Shown here piece by piece: positions 1 to 9,004 of a stretch of 64,000 nt of DNA. The DNA comes from Gemmatimonadaceae bacterium. Lineage in GTDB: Bacteria > Gemmatimonadota > Gemmatimonadetes > Gemmatimonadales > Gemmatimonadaceae. The position numbers and the translations under genes are program-made. Position 1 is the first letter of the stretch; every line of letters starts with the position of its first letter. The stretch lies in NCBI GenBank assembly GCA_051859245.1, contig JBHYGA010000001.1, positions 576,001 to 640,000 of the forward strand. Direction: 5' to 3'. The notes beneath the pieces were generated by a model that saw only the letters and a list, made by a program, of their open reading frames with translations, did no database searches and was not told the origin of the DNA.

Positions 1-5
1 GTCTG

Positions 6-464
6 ATGTATCAGCGAATCCTGGTTCCGCTCGAACACTCGGCGTACGACGCCTGCATTCTGGAGCACGTGCGCCGATTGGCGAGCCTGTGCGGTTCCTC
101 CATGCTGCTTATTCACGTGGCGGATGGATGGGCGGCGCGCAACGTGAAGCAGTTGGCGTTGCGCGAATCAGAGGAGATTGCGCGCGACCGGGCCTATCTC
201 GAAGAAGCGTGCGCACAACTGCGCGCCGAAGGATTCGTGTGTGATGCATTGCTCGCGGCGGGAGATCCGGCCGCAGAGATCAGTGCGGCGGCCGAGCGCG
301 AGAAGTGTGACCTGATTGCCATGGCAACGCATGGTCATCGCGGATTGCAGGATCTGATCTATGGCACCACGGCGAACAGCGTGCGACATCGCACAATGGT
401 GCCGGTGCTGATGGTGCGCGGGCCCGTTGCCGCTGCGGCATCGGCCAAAAACACCGACGCGTAG
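6..464 (+). CDS. Universal stress protein (Usp family)
   Basis: YQRILVPLE N-terminus; DLIAMATHGHRGLQDLIYGTTANSV..VPVLMV C-terminal Usp motif. The ATG overlaps an upstream TGA (TGATG at 4-8). Confidence 0.92.
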   Translation: MYQRILVPLEHSAYDACILEHVRRLASLCGSSMLLIHVADGWAARNVKQLALRESEEIARDRAYLEEACAQLRAEGFVCDALLAAGDPAAEISAAAEREKCDLIAMATHGHRGLQDLIYGTTANSVRHRTMVPVLMVRGPVAAAASAKNTDA

Positions 465-468
465 TCAC

Positions 469-1215
469 ATGGCCGCATCCGGAAAAAAAGCGCCGTCTTC
501 AAAAAAGACGGTGACGGAAATCAAGTCGCCTGCCAAGGTCGCTATCGATCGTGTGAGCGAGCCGGTTGAGGACTATCTCAAGGCGATCTACGATCTTGCC
601 GGAAAATCGGGCACCGCGTCAACCAACGATGTGGCCGCGCGGCTCAACGTGGCGGCGGCCTCTGTCACGGGCATGATCCGACGATTGGCGTCGCAAGGGC
701 TGCTCGAGTACGAGCGCTATCGCGGCGTGAAGCTCAGCGAGACGGGTCGCGTGGTCGCGCTGCGAACGATCCGTCGTCATCGGGTGATTGAAACGTATCT
801 CACCGAAGTGCTGGGCTATCCGTGGGATCGTGTGCACGACGAAGCGGAGCGTCTTGAACACGCCGCCTCGGACGAGTTGGTCGATCGCATGGCGGCCTCG
901 CTCGGCAATCCCACCAGCGATCCGCACGGCGCCCCGATTCCAACGGCGGATGGGCAGATGGATGAGCGCCGGCACCAAACGCTGGCCGATCTCGACATCG
1001 GCACCAAAGCGCGCATGGTGCGTGTCAGCGACAAGAATCCGGGATTGCTGCGCTATCTGGCCGAAATCGATCTCACGCCGGGCACCGAAGTGCAGGTCCT
1101 GGCGCGCGCGCCGTTCGATGGACCGATCACGCTGCAAGTAGGTGACACCGAGCCCGTGGTGGGGCAGGGGCTCGCCGTACAGGTGCTGGTCGAGGAAGTA
1201 CAGGACGAGACGTGA
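469..1215 (+). CDS. mntR: DtxR/MntR-family metal-dependent transcriptional regulator with C-terminal FeoA/SH3-like domain
   Basis: EDYLKAIY, winged HTH, RRHRVIETYL, HDEAERLEH and DPHGAPIP motifs; ATG at 469 just after the usp stop. Confidence 0.9.
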   Translation: MAASGKKAPSSKKTVTEIKSPAKVAIDRVSEPVEDYLKAIYDLAGKSGTASTNDVAARLNVAAASVTGMIRRLASQGLLEYERYRGVKLSETGRVVALRTIRRHRVIETYLTEVLGYPWDRVHDEAERLEHAASDELVDRMAASLGNPTSDPHGAPIPTADGQMDERRHQTLADLDIGTKARMVRVSDKNPGLLRYLAEIDLTPGTEVQVLARAPFDGPITLQVGDTEPVVGQGLAVQVLVEEVQDET

Positions 1216-1223
1216 CGCGCCGG

Positions 1224-1247
1224 AACGAACCGCCACGGCGGTTCGTT
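1224..1247. repeat. Perfect 11-bp inverted repeat (hairpin or operator)
   Basis: aacgaaccgcc-ac-ggcggttcgtt between the mntR stop and the next start; no U-tract. Confidence 0.8.
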
Positions 1248-1258
1248 GCCACTGCAAC

Positions 1259-2161
1259 ATGAGACCGTTTCGTTTCGCGCCCGCACTCGTGGCGCTCGTC
1301 GTGCTCGCGCTTCCCGATGCGGCCCACGCCCAAACTGACACCGTAATCGGCACACCGGCGGCGCCCTCTATTGTGGGCCGCGTGGCGCCAACCGTGCGTG
1401 GGATCGCGATTGACGAACGCATCGCGGATGACCACGGCGTGGTGGTGGGCGATACGCTTCGCCTAGCCGCCGAGGCAGGAACACGCGGCGAGCTCGTGCG
1501 CGTCGACGCCATCGTGCGCCGCGCCGCGGATCCGTCGGAAGTGGCGCGCAGTGAATATCGTGTGCGCTTGCATCTTGATCAGTTGCAACGGCTCACGGGC
1601 AGTGAAGATCGGGTGGACCGCTTTGCGGTGGCGTTGCGCGACTCGGCGCAGTCCGGCGCCGTGGATAGCGCGCTGGCTCGCATTAATCATGTGGCATTCG
1701 GCTTTCGCGCTCATGCGTCTCGCGATGTCGCCGTCGAGAGTTCGCGCACCTTCCAAGTGGTGGATCGTTTTCACCGCGCGATTGGTGGCATCACGATTGT
1801 GGCCAGCGCGGTGTTCCTGCTCTGCATTTTGCTGCTCAAAGTTGAAGAGCGACGGCGCGCGATTGCCGCGCTGCGATTGGCGGGTCTGTCGCGCCGAACC
1901 GTAGCGCTGTCGGTGATCGCGGAGGCGGCAGTGATTTCGGTGGTGGGCAGTGTGGTTGGTGCGGGGCTTGGGTGGGTGGTCACGTTGGCCGTGAATGCGC
2001 ACTACCAGCGACTCTTTCGCACACCACTTACGTTTGCTGTGCTCACACCGGAGATCACGCTGTTTGCGATGACATTGTCGCTGCTCCTTGGCGTAGTCGC
2101 CGGTGCACTCGCCGCCTGGCGGTTGGTGCGCACACCACCGCTCGTCTTGCTCGGACGCTAA
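1259..2161 (+). CDS. FtsX/MacB-type ABC permease, C-terminal half, with N-terminal signal peptide
   Basis: Signal peptide ending AAHA/Q; 'GDTLRL' periplasmic motif; FtsX C-terminal TM domain (VEERRRAIAALRLAGLSRR..EA); lacks the usual N-terminal TM1 segment. Confidence 0.85.
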   Translation: MRPFRFAPALVALVVLALPDAAHAQTDTVIGTPAAPSIVGRVAPTVRGIAIDERIADDHGVVVGDTLRLAAEAGTRGELVRVDAIVRRAADPSEVARSEYRVRLHLDQLQRLTGSEDRVDRFAVALRDSAQSGAVDSALARINHVAFGFRAHASRDVAVESSRTFQVVDRFHRAIGGITIVASAVFLLCILLLKVEERRRAIAALRLAGLSRRTVALSVIAEAAVISVVGSVVGAGLGWVVTLAVNAHYQRLFRTPLTFAVLTPEITLFAMTLSLLLGVVAGALAAWRLVRTPPLVLLGR

Positions 2162-3390
2162 TGCGCACGACGCTTGCGTTCGCGTCGCTTTGGCGACACC
2201 CCATGCGCACGTTGCTTGCGATCTTCGGGCTCGCAATTGCCGCCGCGCTGCTGATCGATATGGTGATGCTGGCCACCGGCATGCGCGCCTCGTTCAAGTC
2301 GTTGCTCACGTCACGCGGCTACGAGTTGCGCGTCACACCGCGCGGCACACTCCCGTTTGATACCGAAGCAACCGTAGGCAACGCGGCGGCGCTTGTGGCA
2401 TCGCTTCGCGCACATCCGGATATCGAGCGCGTGAGTCCGTCCATTGGAACCACAGTGCAGATTGCGTCAACTCGCACTTCGCAGAGTGGCAGCGCGTTCG
2501 CGCTCGGCACGCAGCCGGACGTGCAGGGCGAATACAGCGTACTTACCGGACGCGCGCCAGCCGCGGCCGACACCACGCTGCGGGAAGTGATTGCGAACAC
2601 CGTGTTGCTCACACGAATGCAAGTGAAAGTTGGCGATACGATCAGTGTGAGTGTGGGGCGAAGCGCGCAGCTGCGACTCTCGCAGGTGGCCGAGCGCGCG
2701 GTGATTGTGGGTGAAGCGCGATTTCTGTACGTGCCGCCCGGCCTGCCGGCCATTTCTGCGCCGCTCACCGCCATTCAGTCGCTGCTCGGTAGCGCGGGAC
2801 GCGATCGCATATCGCTCGCCATGGCGTCGGTTCGCGCGGACAGTGCCGGCGCTGCCGCCACCAGCGCACGCACTGAAGCGGTCCGTACGTGGATTGAACA
2901 GACGCACGCGCGTGTGACGGCCATCTCTACGGAAACGGCCATTGTGCAAGTGGAAGAGCGCCTCGCGTACTTCCGCCAGCTCGCGCTGATTCTTGGTGCG
3001 TTAAGTCTGGTAATTGGTGTGCTCCTGGTGACCACGTTGGTCTCGCTGTCGGTGAACGAACGGCTCGGCGAACTCGCGGTGCTGCGTGCCATCGGAGTGG
3101 CTCGTGGAGGCATTCTTCATCAAATCATGCTCGAAGGACTCATGCTTGGTGTTGCCGGAATCACGATCGGACTTGGGCTTGGCTTGATCACTGCACAATG
3201 GCTCAACGCCATTTTGCGTGATTTTCCCGGCCTGCCGGCTGATCTCGATTTTTTTGTGTGGAGTCCTGAAGCGGCGTGGAAGTCGCTGGCCATGTTACTC
3301 GTGGCGGCTACGCTCGCCGGTGCGTGGCCCGCGTGGCGGGCATCACGTGTGCGTGTGGCGCAGGCGTTACGCGAAGAGGCAATCGGATGA
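2161..3390 (+). CDS. FtsX/MacB-type ABC transporter permease (full length)
   Basis: LAFASLWRHPMRTLL TM1; periplasmic domain; SVNERLGELAVLRAIG; PAWRASRV..ALREE; TAATG coupling at 2159-2163. Confidence 0.9.
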   Translation: MRTTLAFASLWRHPMRTLLAIFGLAIAAALLIDMVMLATGMRASFKSLLTSRGYELRVTPRGTLPFDTEATVGNAAALVASLRAHPDIERVSPSIGTTVQIASTRTSQSGSAFALGTQPDVQGEYSVLTGRAPAAADTTLREVIANTVLLTRMQVKVGDTISVSVGRSAQLRLSQVAERAVIVGEARFLYVPPGLPAISAPLTAIQSLLGSAGRDRISLAMASVRADSAGAAATSARTEAVRTWIEQTHARVTAISTETAIVQVEERLAYFRQLALILGALSLVIGVLLVTTLVSLSVNERLGELAVLRAIGVARGGILHQIMLEGLMLGVAGITIGLGLGLITAQWLNAILRDFPGLPADLDFFVWSPEAAWKSLAMLLVAATLAGAWPAWRASRVRVAQALREEAIG

Positions 3391-4094
3391 GCGAGACAAC
3401 GCCGTTGATTGAAGCACGAAATCTCGTGCGACGCTATCGCACCGGGGCCACAGATGTCGCGGCGCTCCGCGGCGTTTCTCTAACGATCATGCCGGGCGAG
3501 TTTGTGGCGATCGTTGGTGCAAGCGGCTCCGGCAAGAGCACCATGTTGCACTTGCTCGGCGCTGTTGATGCGCCCGACAGCGGGCAAGTGCTGCTGGAGG
3601 GACGCGACATCTCGCAACTTTCCGATGCCGAAGCAACGCGATTGCGCTTGCTCCGCATCGGTCTGGTGTTTCAGCGTTTCTACCTCATGCCAACGCTGTC
3701 GGCGCTTGAGAACGTGGAACTGCCAATGGCCGAGGCCGGAGCCAGCACCGCCGCGCGTCGCGAGCGTGCGAAATCACTGTTGACCTTTGTTGGAGTGGGT
3801 GAGCGCACGGACCACAGGCCTTCACAGCTGTCGGGCGGTGAACAGCAGCGTGTAGCGGTCGCGCGCGCGCTCGCCAACAAGCCCGCGCTCTTGCTGGCCG
3901 ATGAGCCAACCGGTGAACTGGATGCCGCAACCGGTGCCGCACTGATTGCACTGTTGCAGCAACTCAATCGTGATGGCCTCACGTGCGTGCTGGTCACGCA
4001 TGACGCGGCCCTCGCGCGATCGGCGCAGCGCGTGGTCACGATGCGCGATGGCCAGATCGTATCCGACGAACGCATTGCCGCATCCGTCACGTGA
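3387..4094 (+). CDS. ABC transporter ATP-binding protein (LolD/MacB-type)
   Basis: Walker A GASGSGKST, signature LSGGEQQRVA, Walker B LLADEPT, H-loop VTHD. Confidence 0.95.
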   Translation: MSETTPLIEARNLVRRYRTGATDVAALRGVSLTIMPGEFVAIVGASGSGKSTMLHLLGAVDAPDSGQVLLEGRDISQLSDAEATRLRLLRIGLVFQRFYLMPTLSALENVELPMAEAGASTAARRERAKSLLTFVGVGERTDHRPSQLSGGEQQRVAVARALANKPALLLADEPTGELDAATGAALIALLQQLNRDGLTCVLVTHDAALARSAQRVVTMRDGQIVSDERIAASVT

Positions 4095-5584
4095 TCTGGC
4101 GATTGGCGTGGCGTAATCTCTCGTTCCGCCCCTGGCGATCAGCGCTCTTGCTGCTCGGATACGGGCTGGGTGTGTCCGTGATGATCACGCTGCTGGCGGT
4201 CGGCGAAGCCATGCTGGTGCAGGCGCGTGAAGAAAAACTGGTGGGCGGCGGTGACATCACGGTGTTGCCCGATGGCATTGATATCGAAGTGCTCAAAACG
4301 GGCGGACTTGGCGGCATGTTCTTCTCAGTGCCGAACGCGCGTTTTGTGTACCGCCAGGTGCTCGCATCACCGCGCAATGCAGCGTTGGTGCGAGCCGTTG
4401 CCCCGCAGTTGGACAACAAACTGTTGTACCTCACCACGGCGAGTGGCGCAGAACTTCCGGTGCGAGCCACGGGTGAACTGCCCGACGCCACCGTGGCTGT
4501 TGGTGCCGGCCCATCGCTCCGCGACGGACGCTGGCGCAATGACGACGTCGACAATCGCTGGGCTGATCCGTCGCTCGCTGAACGGCGACACGATATCGAT
4601 CGTTTTCATTTGCCGCCCACCACGGTGTCGGAACGCGCGTCGTGGGGCGAATGGCATTACTTCAATGTGTTGTCGGACAATGCACAGCAGTGGGCGTTCA
4701 TTTCGTTCATCGTTGGTGGTGATGTACCAAACGGTGAATGGGGTGGGCAGTTGCTCGTCACGCTGCACGAGGTGGGCAAACCGGCGCGTCGGTTCACTGC
4801 GACCGCGCAGTCGAGCGACGTTCGCTTCTCCACCACCGATGCCGATCTTCGAATAGGCTCTGCGTCGGTCACGGTGCAACACGACGGTAGTTATCGTGTA
4901 CGTGGCACGGCACGCGAAGAGCAGCGCGGCACGCCGCTTACGCTGAATCTGAGCATCACGCCGAGCGCCAACGCCGAGTTCCCGGGAGCAGCGCTGTACA
5001 GCGGAGACTTTGCGTCAGGGTACGCGGTGCCCGCATTGCGCGCGAGCGCAACCGGTACGATCTGCGCCAGTAATGTGTGCGATGAATACCTGAACGCGCG
5101 GGCCTATCATGATCACAACTGGGGCGTGTGGCGCGGCGTGACGTGGGAATGGGGCTCTGGTCGCGCGGGCAATCTTGCGTTGTTGTACGGCCGGGTGCAG
5201 CCGCCCGACTCACTGCAGTCGAGCGCACCATTGTTTGTGTACGTCACGGATTCGCTTGGTTTCGTGTCGCTCTTTCGGCCAAGTGAGGTGCAGTACGAAG
5301 ACGGACGATCGGTCGTGGTTGGCAAACGCACCATTCGTGTGCCATCGCGAGGCCTGATGGAAGACATGCGCAACGGCGACACTTTGCGCGTGGAACTGCT
5401 TGTCGATGACGCCGTCGCGACCGACACGCGCGCGGGTCTCATTGATCGCGGAGAAGCCGCCGCGGCGCGCTTGCTCTCCAAGCCGTACTTCGTGCAGATG
5501 CAAGGTCGCATTCGCGTCACGATGCGTGTACGCGGGCAGCGATACGAAGCCGAGGGGACGGGCTTTTTCGAGACGTACCGGTAG
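4091..5584 (+). CDS. Fusion: MacB permease N-terminal segment plus AttH/CrtC-like (lipocalin-like) domain
   Basis: IWRLAWRNLSFRPWRSALLLLG TM1, then about 145 aa of MacB-like periplasmic sequence, then WGEWHYF and YHDHNWG..WEW motifs resembling AttH/CrtC. Confidence 0.7.
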   Translation: MIWRLAWRNLSFRPWRSALLLLGYGLGVSVMITLLAVGEAMLVQAREEKLVGGGDITVLPDGIDIEVLKTGGLGGMFFSVPNARFVYRQVLASPRNAALVRAVAPQLDNKLLYLTTASGAELPVRATGELPDATVAVGAGPSLRDGRWRNDDVDNRWADPSLAERRHDIDRFHLPPTTVSERASWGEWHYFNVLSDNAQQWAFISFIVGGDVPNGEWGGQLLVTLHEVGKPARRFTATAQSSDVRFSTTDADLRIGSASVTVQHDGSYRVRGTAREEQRGTPLTLNLSITPSANAEFPGAALYSGDFASGYAVPALRASATGTICASNVCDEYLNARAYHDHNWGVWRGVTWEWGSGRAGNLALLYGRVQPPDSLQSSAPLFVYVTDSLGFVSLFRPSEVQYEDGRSVVVGKRTIRVPSRGLMEDMRNGDTLRVELLVDDAVATDTRAGLIDRGEAAAARLLSKPYFVQMQGRIRVTMRVRGQRYEAEGTGFFETYR

Positions 5585-5661
5585 CCGCACAACGACCATT
5601 CACGGGTTTCGGCCTCTGGCAATGCCTCGTGGCACCGGCGGATTGCGGCTATTGTACAGGT

Positions 5662-8235
5662 ATGCCACCACGAGAGCCGAAAGGATCGCCCAAGCCATCC
5701 CGTAGCGCGTCAGACGGGCCTGCGCCTAAGGAGTCGTCGCCTAAGGCTTCGTCGCCCAAGGTGCCGTCGCCCAAGGCAACGTTGCCCAAGTCACCGGTGC
5801 CCAAACGAGCTGTGTCCGTGTCGTACGCACGGTTGAACCCGCCCGAGGAGGAAGTGAGGCGACTACGGGGCGGCACGCACGCTCGTCCGCACGCCCTGCT
5901 GGGCCCACACGCGGTTGAGTTTGATAAAGCCTCGGGTGTCGTGATCCGAGTGCTGTCCCACGGAGCGGTGGCGGGATGGATTGTCGATGCGAGCGGCGAA
6001 GAGCACACGTTGCAATCGAGCGGCGATGGCCTCATGCAGGTGTTTGTGCCGGGAGCCCGGGTGCACGATGCATACCGTGTGCGACTGCGCTTTGCCGACG
6101 GTACCGAAGTCACCGCCGATGACCCGTATCGATTCGCGCCCACACTCGGTGCGATGGATCTGCACCTGATCGGTGAGGGCACACATCATCGTTTGTGGGA
6201 AGCGCTGGGCGCACAGCTCAGGGAAATCGACGGTGTGACAGGTACCGCTTTCGCGGTGTGGGCCCCCAATGCACGCGGTGTGAGCGTGATTGGTGCGTTC
6301 AACGGATGGAGCGGTGCGGTGCATCCGATGCGCAAATTGAATGACGGCGGCATCTGGGAGTTGTTCATTCCCGGAGTGCGCGCGGGCGCAACGTACAAGT
6401 ACGAAGTGCGTCCCATGTCTGGGCCGTGGCGCGTGAAAACCGACCCGCTCGGTCAGTTCATGGAGCAACAGCCTGGCAACGCATCGATCGTCGTCGCGCA
6501 GGATCAATACACGTGGAACGACGGCGTCTGGCTGTCATCTCGCGCAAAACGTGATCCGGTACGCGAGCCCATGCTGGTGTACGAAGTGCATCTTGGATCC
6601 TGGCGTCGCGTCGCGGAAGAAAACAACCGATCACTCACGTATCGCGAAATTGCGCCGCTGCTGGCCGAGCATTGTGTAAAGCTGGGGTTCACACACATCG
6701 AGCTGATGCCGATTCAGGAGCATCCGTACGGCGGCTCGTGGGGCTACCAGGTGAGCGGTTACTACGCGCCGACCTCTCGCTACGGCACGCCGGATGATTT
6801 CAAGTTTTTTATCGATACCATGCACCAGGCGGGCATTGGTGTGTTGCTCGACTGGGTGCCAGCGCATTTTCCGAAGGACGATTTTGCGCTGCGCCGCTTT
6901 GACGGTACGGCTTGCTACGAACACGAAGATCCGCGTCTCGCAGAGCATCCGGAGTGGGGCACACTGATTTTCAACTACGGGCGCAACGAGGTACGCAACT
7001 TTCTCCTCGCGAATGTGCTCTACTGGGTGGAACAGTTTCACATCGACGGAATCCGTGTGGATGCCGTGGCGTCCATGCTTTACCTCGACTACGGGCGCGA
7101 AGCCGGCCAGTGGATGCGGAACCGTCTTGGTGGTCGCGAAAATCTTGACGCCGTGAGTTTCCTGAAAGAGTTGAATCACACGGTACGCACGTTGCACCCT
7201 GGTGTGGTGACCATCGCAGAAGAGAGTACCACGTGGCCTCGTGTCACGCACCCGATTCTCGAAGGCGGGCTCGGTTTCACGTTCAAGTGGAACATGGGGT
7301 GGATGCACGATACGCTGGACTACTTTCGCGTGGATCCGCTGTTCCGCCGAGGCGCGCACAACCAGCTCACGTTCGCCATGATGTACGAGTACAGCGAACG
7401 TTTTGTGAATCCGCTCTCACACGACGAAGTGGTGCACCTCAAGCGCTCGCTGCTTGAGAAGATGCCCGGTGACATGTGGCAGAAGTTCGCCAACCTGCGT
7501 GCGTTGATTGCGTATTCAGTGCTGCGTCCAGGCAAATCACTGTTTTTCATGGGCACGGAACTGGCGCCGCATCGAGAGTGGAATCACGACGCGAGTCTGG
7601 AGTGGCACTTGTTGCAGGATCCGCGCCGGGCCGGCCTGATGCAGTTCGTGGAACGCCTCGGTGCGCTGTACAAGGAAGACAGCAGCTTCTGGCGCCGCGA
7701 TCACGAGCCGTCTGGCTTTTCGTGGGTAGACGTTGGAGATCGTGAGCAGAGCATCGTGTCGTTCGTGCGACGCGACGGTGGGCGACACGCGGTTGTGGTG
7801 CTCAATCTCACGCCAGTTCCCCGTGAGCACTACCGCATTGGCGCGCCGGCCAAAGGTGCGTACGCGTACGCGTTGTCCAGCGACGACGAAGTTTTTGGTG
7901 GCAGCGGTTATGCGCGAGCAGATTCTGTACCGACCGAGGATCATCCGTATCATGGTTTCGAGCAATCAATGCTGCTGACGCTACCGCCGTTATCGGCGAT
8001 CGTGTTACAGCCGGAGCCCGGCACGGTTGAAGAATCTGCTCGCGTGAAGGCGGTAGAGTCGCTTCCAGCGGGGCTGGAGATTGCGGTACCAACCGCGCTG
8101 CTCGCGAGACGCGTCGGCAAAACGAAAAAGAAGGACGCCGAAAAGAAGGCGGATGCACCAAAGAAAAAGCCGTCAGCGAAAGCGGAAAAGTCGTCGCGCA
8201 AGCGCAAGCGCGATGACTCCGGAGACGCCTCGTGA
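5662..8235 (+). CDS. glgB: 1,4-alpha-glucan branching enzyme with low-complexity N- and C-terminal extensions
   Basis: YEVHLGSW, SWGYQ, DWVPAHF, DGIRVDAVASMLY, IAEEST and LSHDEVVH motifs. Confidence 0.97.
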   Translation: MPPREPKGSPKPSRSASDGPAPKESSPKASSPKVPSPKATLPKSPVPKRAVSVSYARLNPPEEEVRRLRGGTHARPHALLGPHAVEFDKASGVVIRVLSHGAVAGWIVDASGEEHTLQSSGDGLMQVFVPGARVHDAYRVRLRFADGTEVTADDPYRFAPTLGAMDLHLIGEGTHHRLWEALGAQLREIDGVTGTAFAVWAPNARGVSVIGAFNGWSGAVHPMRKLNDGGIWELFIPGVRAGATYKYEVRPMSGPWRVKTDPLGQFMEQQPGNASIVVAQDQYTWNDGVWLSSRAKRDPVREPMLVYEVHLGSWRRVAEENNRSLTYREIAPLLAEHCVKLGFTHIELMPIQEHPYGGSWGYQVSGYYAPTSRYGTPDDFKFFIDTMHQAGIGVLLDWVPAHFPKDDFALRRFDGTACYEHEDPRLAEHPEWGTLIFNYGRNEVRNFLLANVLYWVEQFHIDGIRVDAVASMLYLDYGREAGQWMRNRLGGRENLDAVSFLKELNHTVRTLHPGVVTIAEESTTWPRVTHPILEGGLGFTFKWNMGWMHDTLDYFRVDPLFRRGAHNQLTFAMMYEYSERFVNPLSHDEVVHLKRSLLEKMPGDMWQKFANLRALIAYSVLRPGKSLFFMGTELAPHREWNHDASLEWHLLQDPRRAGLMQFVERLGALYKEDSSFWRRDHEPSGFSWVDVGDREQSIVSFVRRDGGRHAVVVLNLTPVPREHYRIGAPAKGAYAYALSSDDEVFGGSGYARADSVPTEDHPYHGFEQSMLLTLPPLSAIVLQPEPGTVEESARVKAVESLPAGLEIAVPTALLARRVGKTKKKDAEKKADAPKKKPSAKAEKSSRKRKRDDSGDAS
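5725..5805 (+). repeat. 15-bp tandem repeat encoding PKxxx pentapeptides
   Basis: cctaaggagtcgtcg cctaaggcttcgtcg cccaaggtgccgtcg cccaaggcaacgttg cccaagtcaccggtg cccaaa. Confidence 0.85.
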
Positions 8236-9002
8236 GAGTCCGTGCTGCGCGCACGCTGAATACCGTGGTGTTTGGCGTCGTGACCGTTGCTGCGGCAGCA
8301 CTCTGCATTCGACTCGGCATCTGGCAGCTCGATCGTCTTGCTCAGCGGCGCGCGTACAATGACCAGGTCGCGTCGCGCTTTGACAACGGCGCAGAGCCGG
8401 TGCGCGATGTGATGGCGCGTGATACGGGTGACGCACGTTGGCGCCGCGTGACGGGTGTTGGTGTGGCGCAGTACGATCGGGAGGTGGTGCTCGCCGCACG
8501 CACGCGCGGCGGATCACCGGGCGTGTGGATCATCACGCCACTGCGCCTGCCCAACACTGACACTCTGGTGCCTCTCGTCCGCGGCTGGGTGTACTCACCC
8601 AATGGTCGCACAGTCGATCTGAGCAAATGGCGGGAAGCCGACACCATTACCATTGATGGGCGAGTGGACGCCTTTCAGCGTCCGGCGGCAGGTGCGCCAC
8701 GCTTGCAGTCTGATGATCGCGCCTTTCGCTGGCTTGAACGCGACACGCTGGCGGCCGAATGGAACGCGCCAGTGGCACCAATGCTCGTGTATCAGTTCGG
8801 CGATACGATCGGCGGCTATGAAGCCACCGGCGGCGTTACACCGGCACGGTTTCCGTTACCCACCATGGACGAAGGTCCGCATAAGAGTTACGCCGTGCAG
8901 TGGTTCGCATTTGCAACAGTGTTCGTGGTTGGCTACGGCGCGGTGCTGGTGACACGCCGCAAACGTGAGCAGCGTATCACCTCGACACCGTCAATCACGT
9001 AA
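8232..9002 (+). CDS. SURF1-family protein
   Basis: LGIWQLDR, VRGWV, H..YAVQWF motifs; two TM helices. Confidence 0.9.
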   Translation: MRVRAARTLNTVVFGVVTVAAAALCIRLGIWQLDRLAQRRAYNDQVASRFDNGAEPVRDVMARDTGDARWRRVTGVGVAQYDREVVLAARTRGGSPGVWIITPLRLPNTDTLVPLVRGWVYSPNGRTVDLSKWREADTITIDGRVDAFQRPAAGAPRLQSDDRAFRWLERDTLAAEWNAPVAPMLVYQFGDTIGGYEATGGVTPARFPLPTMDEGPHKSYAVQWFAFATVFVVGYGAVLVTRRKREQRITSTPSIT

Positions 9003-9004
9003 CA

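Noticed and set aside
5629..5648. Sigma-54 promoter before glgB (tggcac..ttgc)
   Set aside because: GG-GC spacing is 12, not the required 10.
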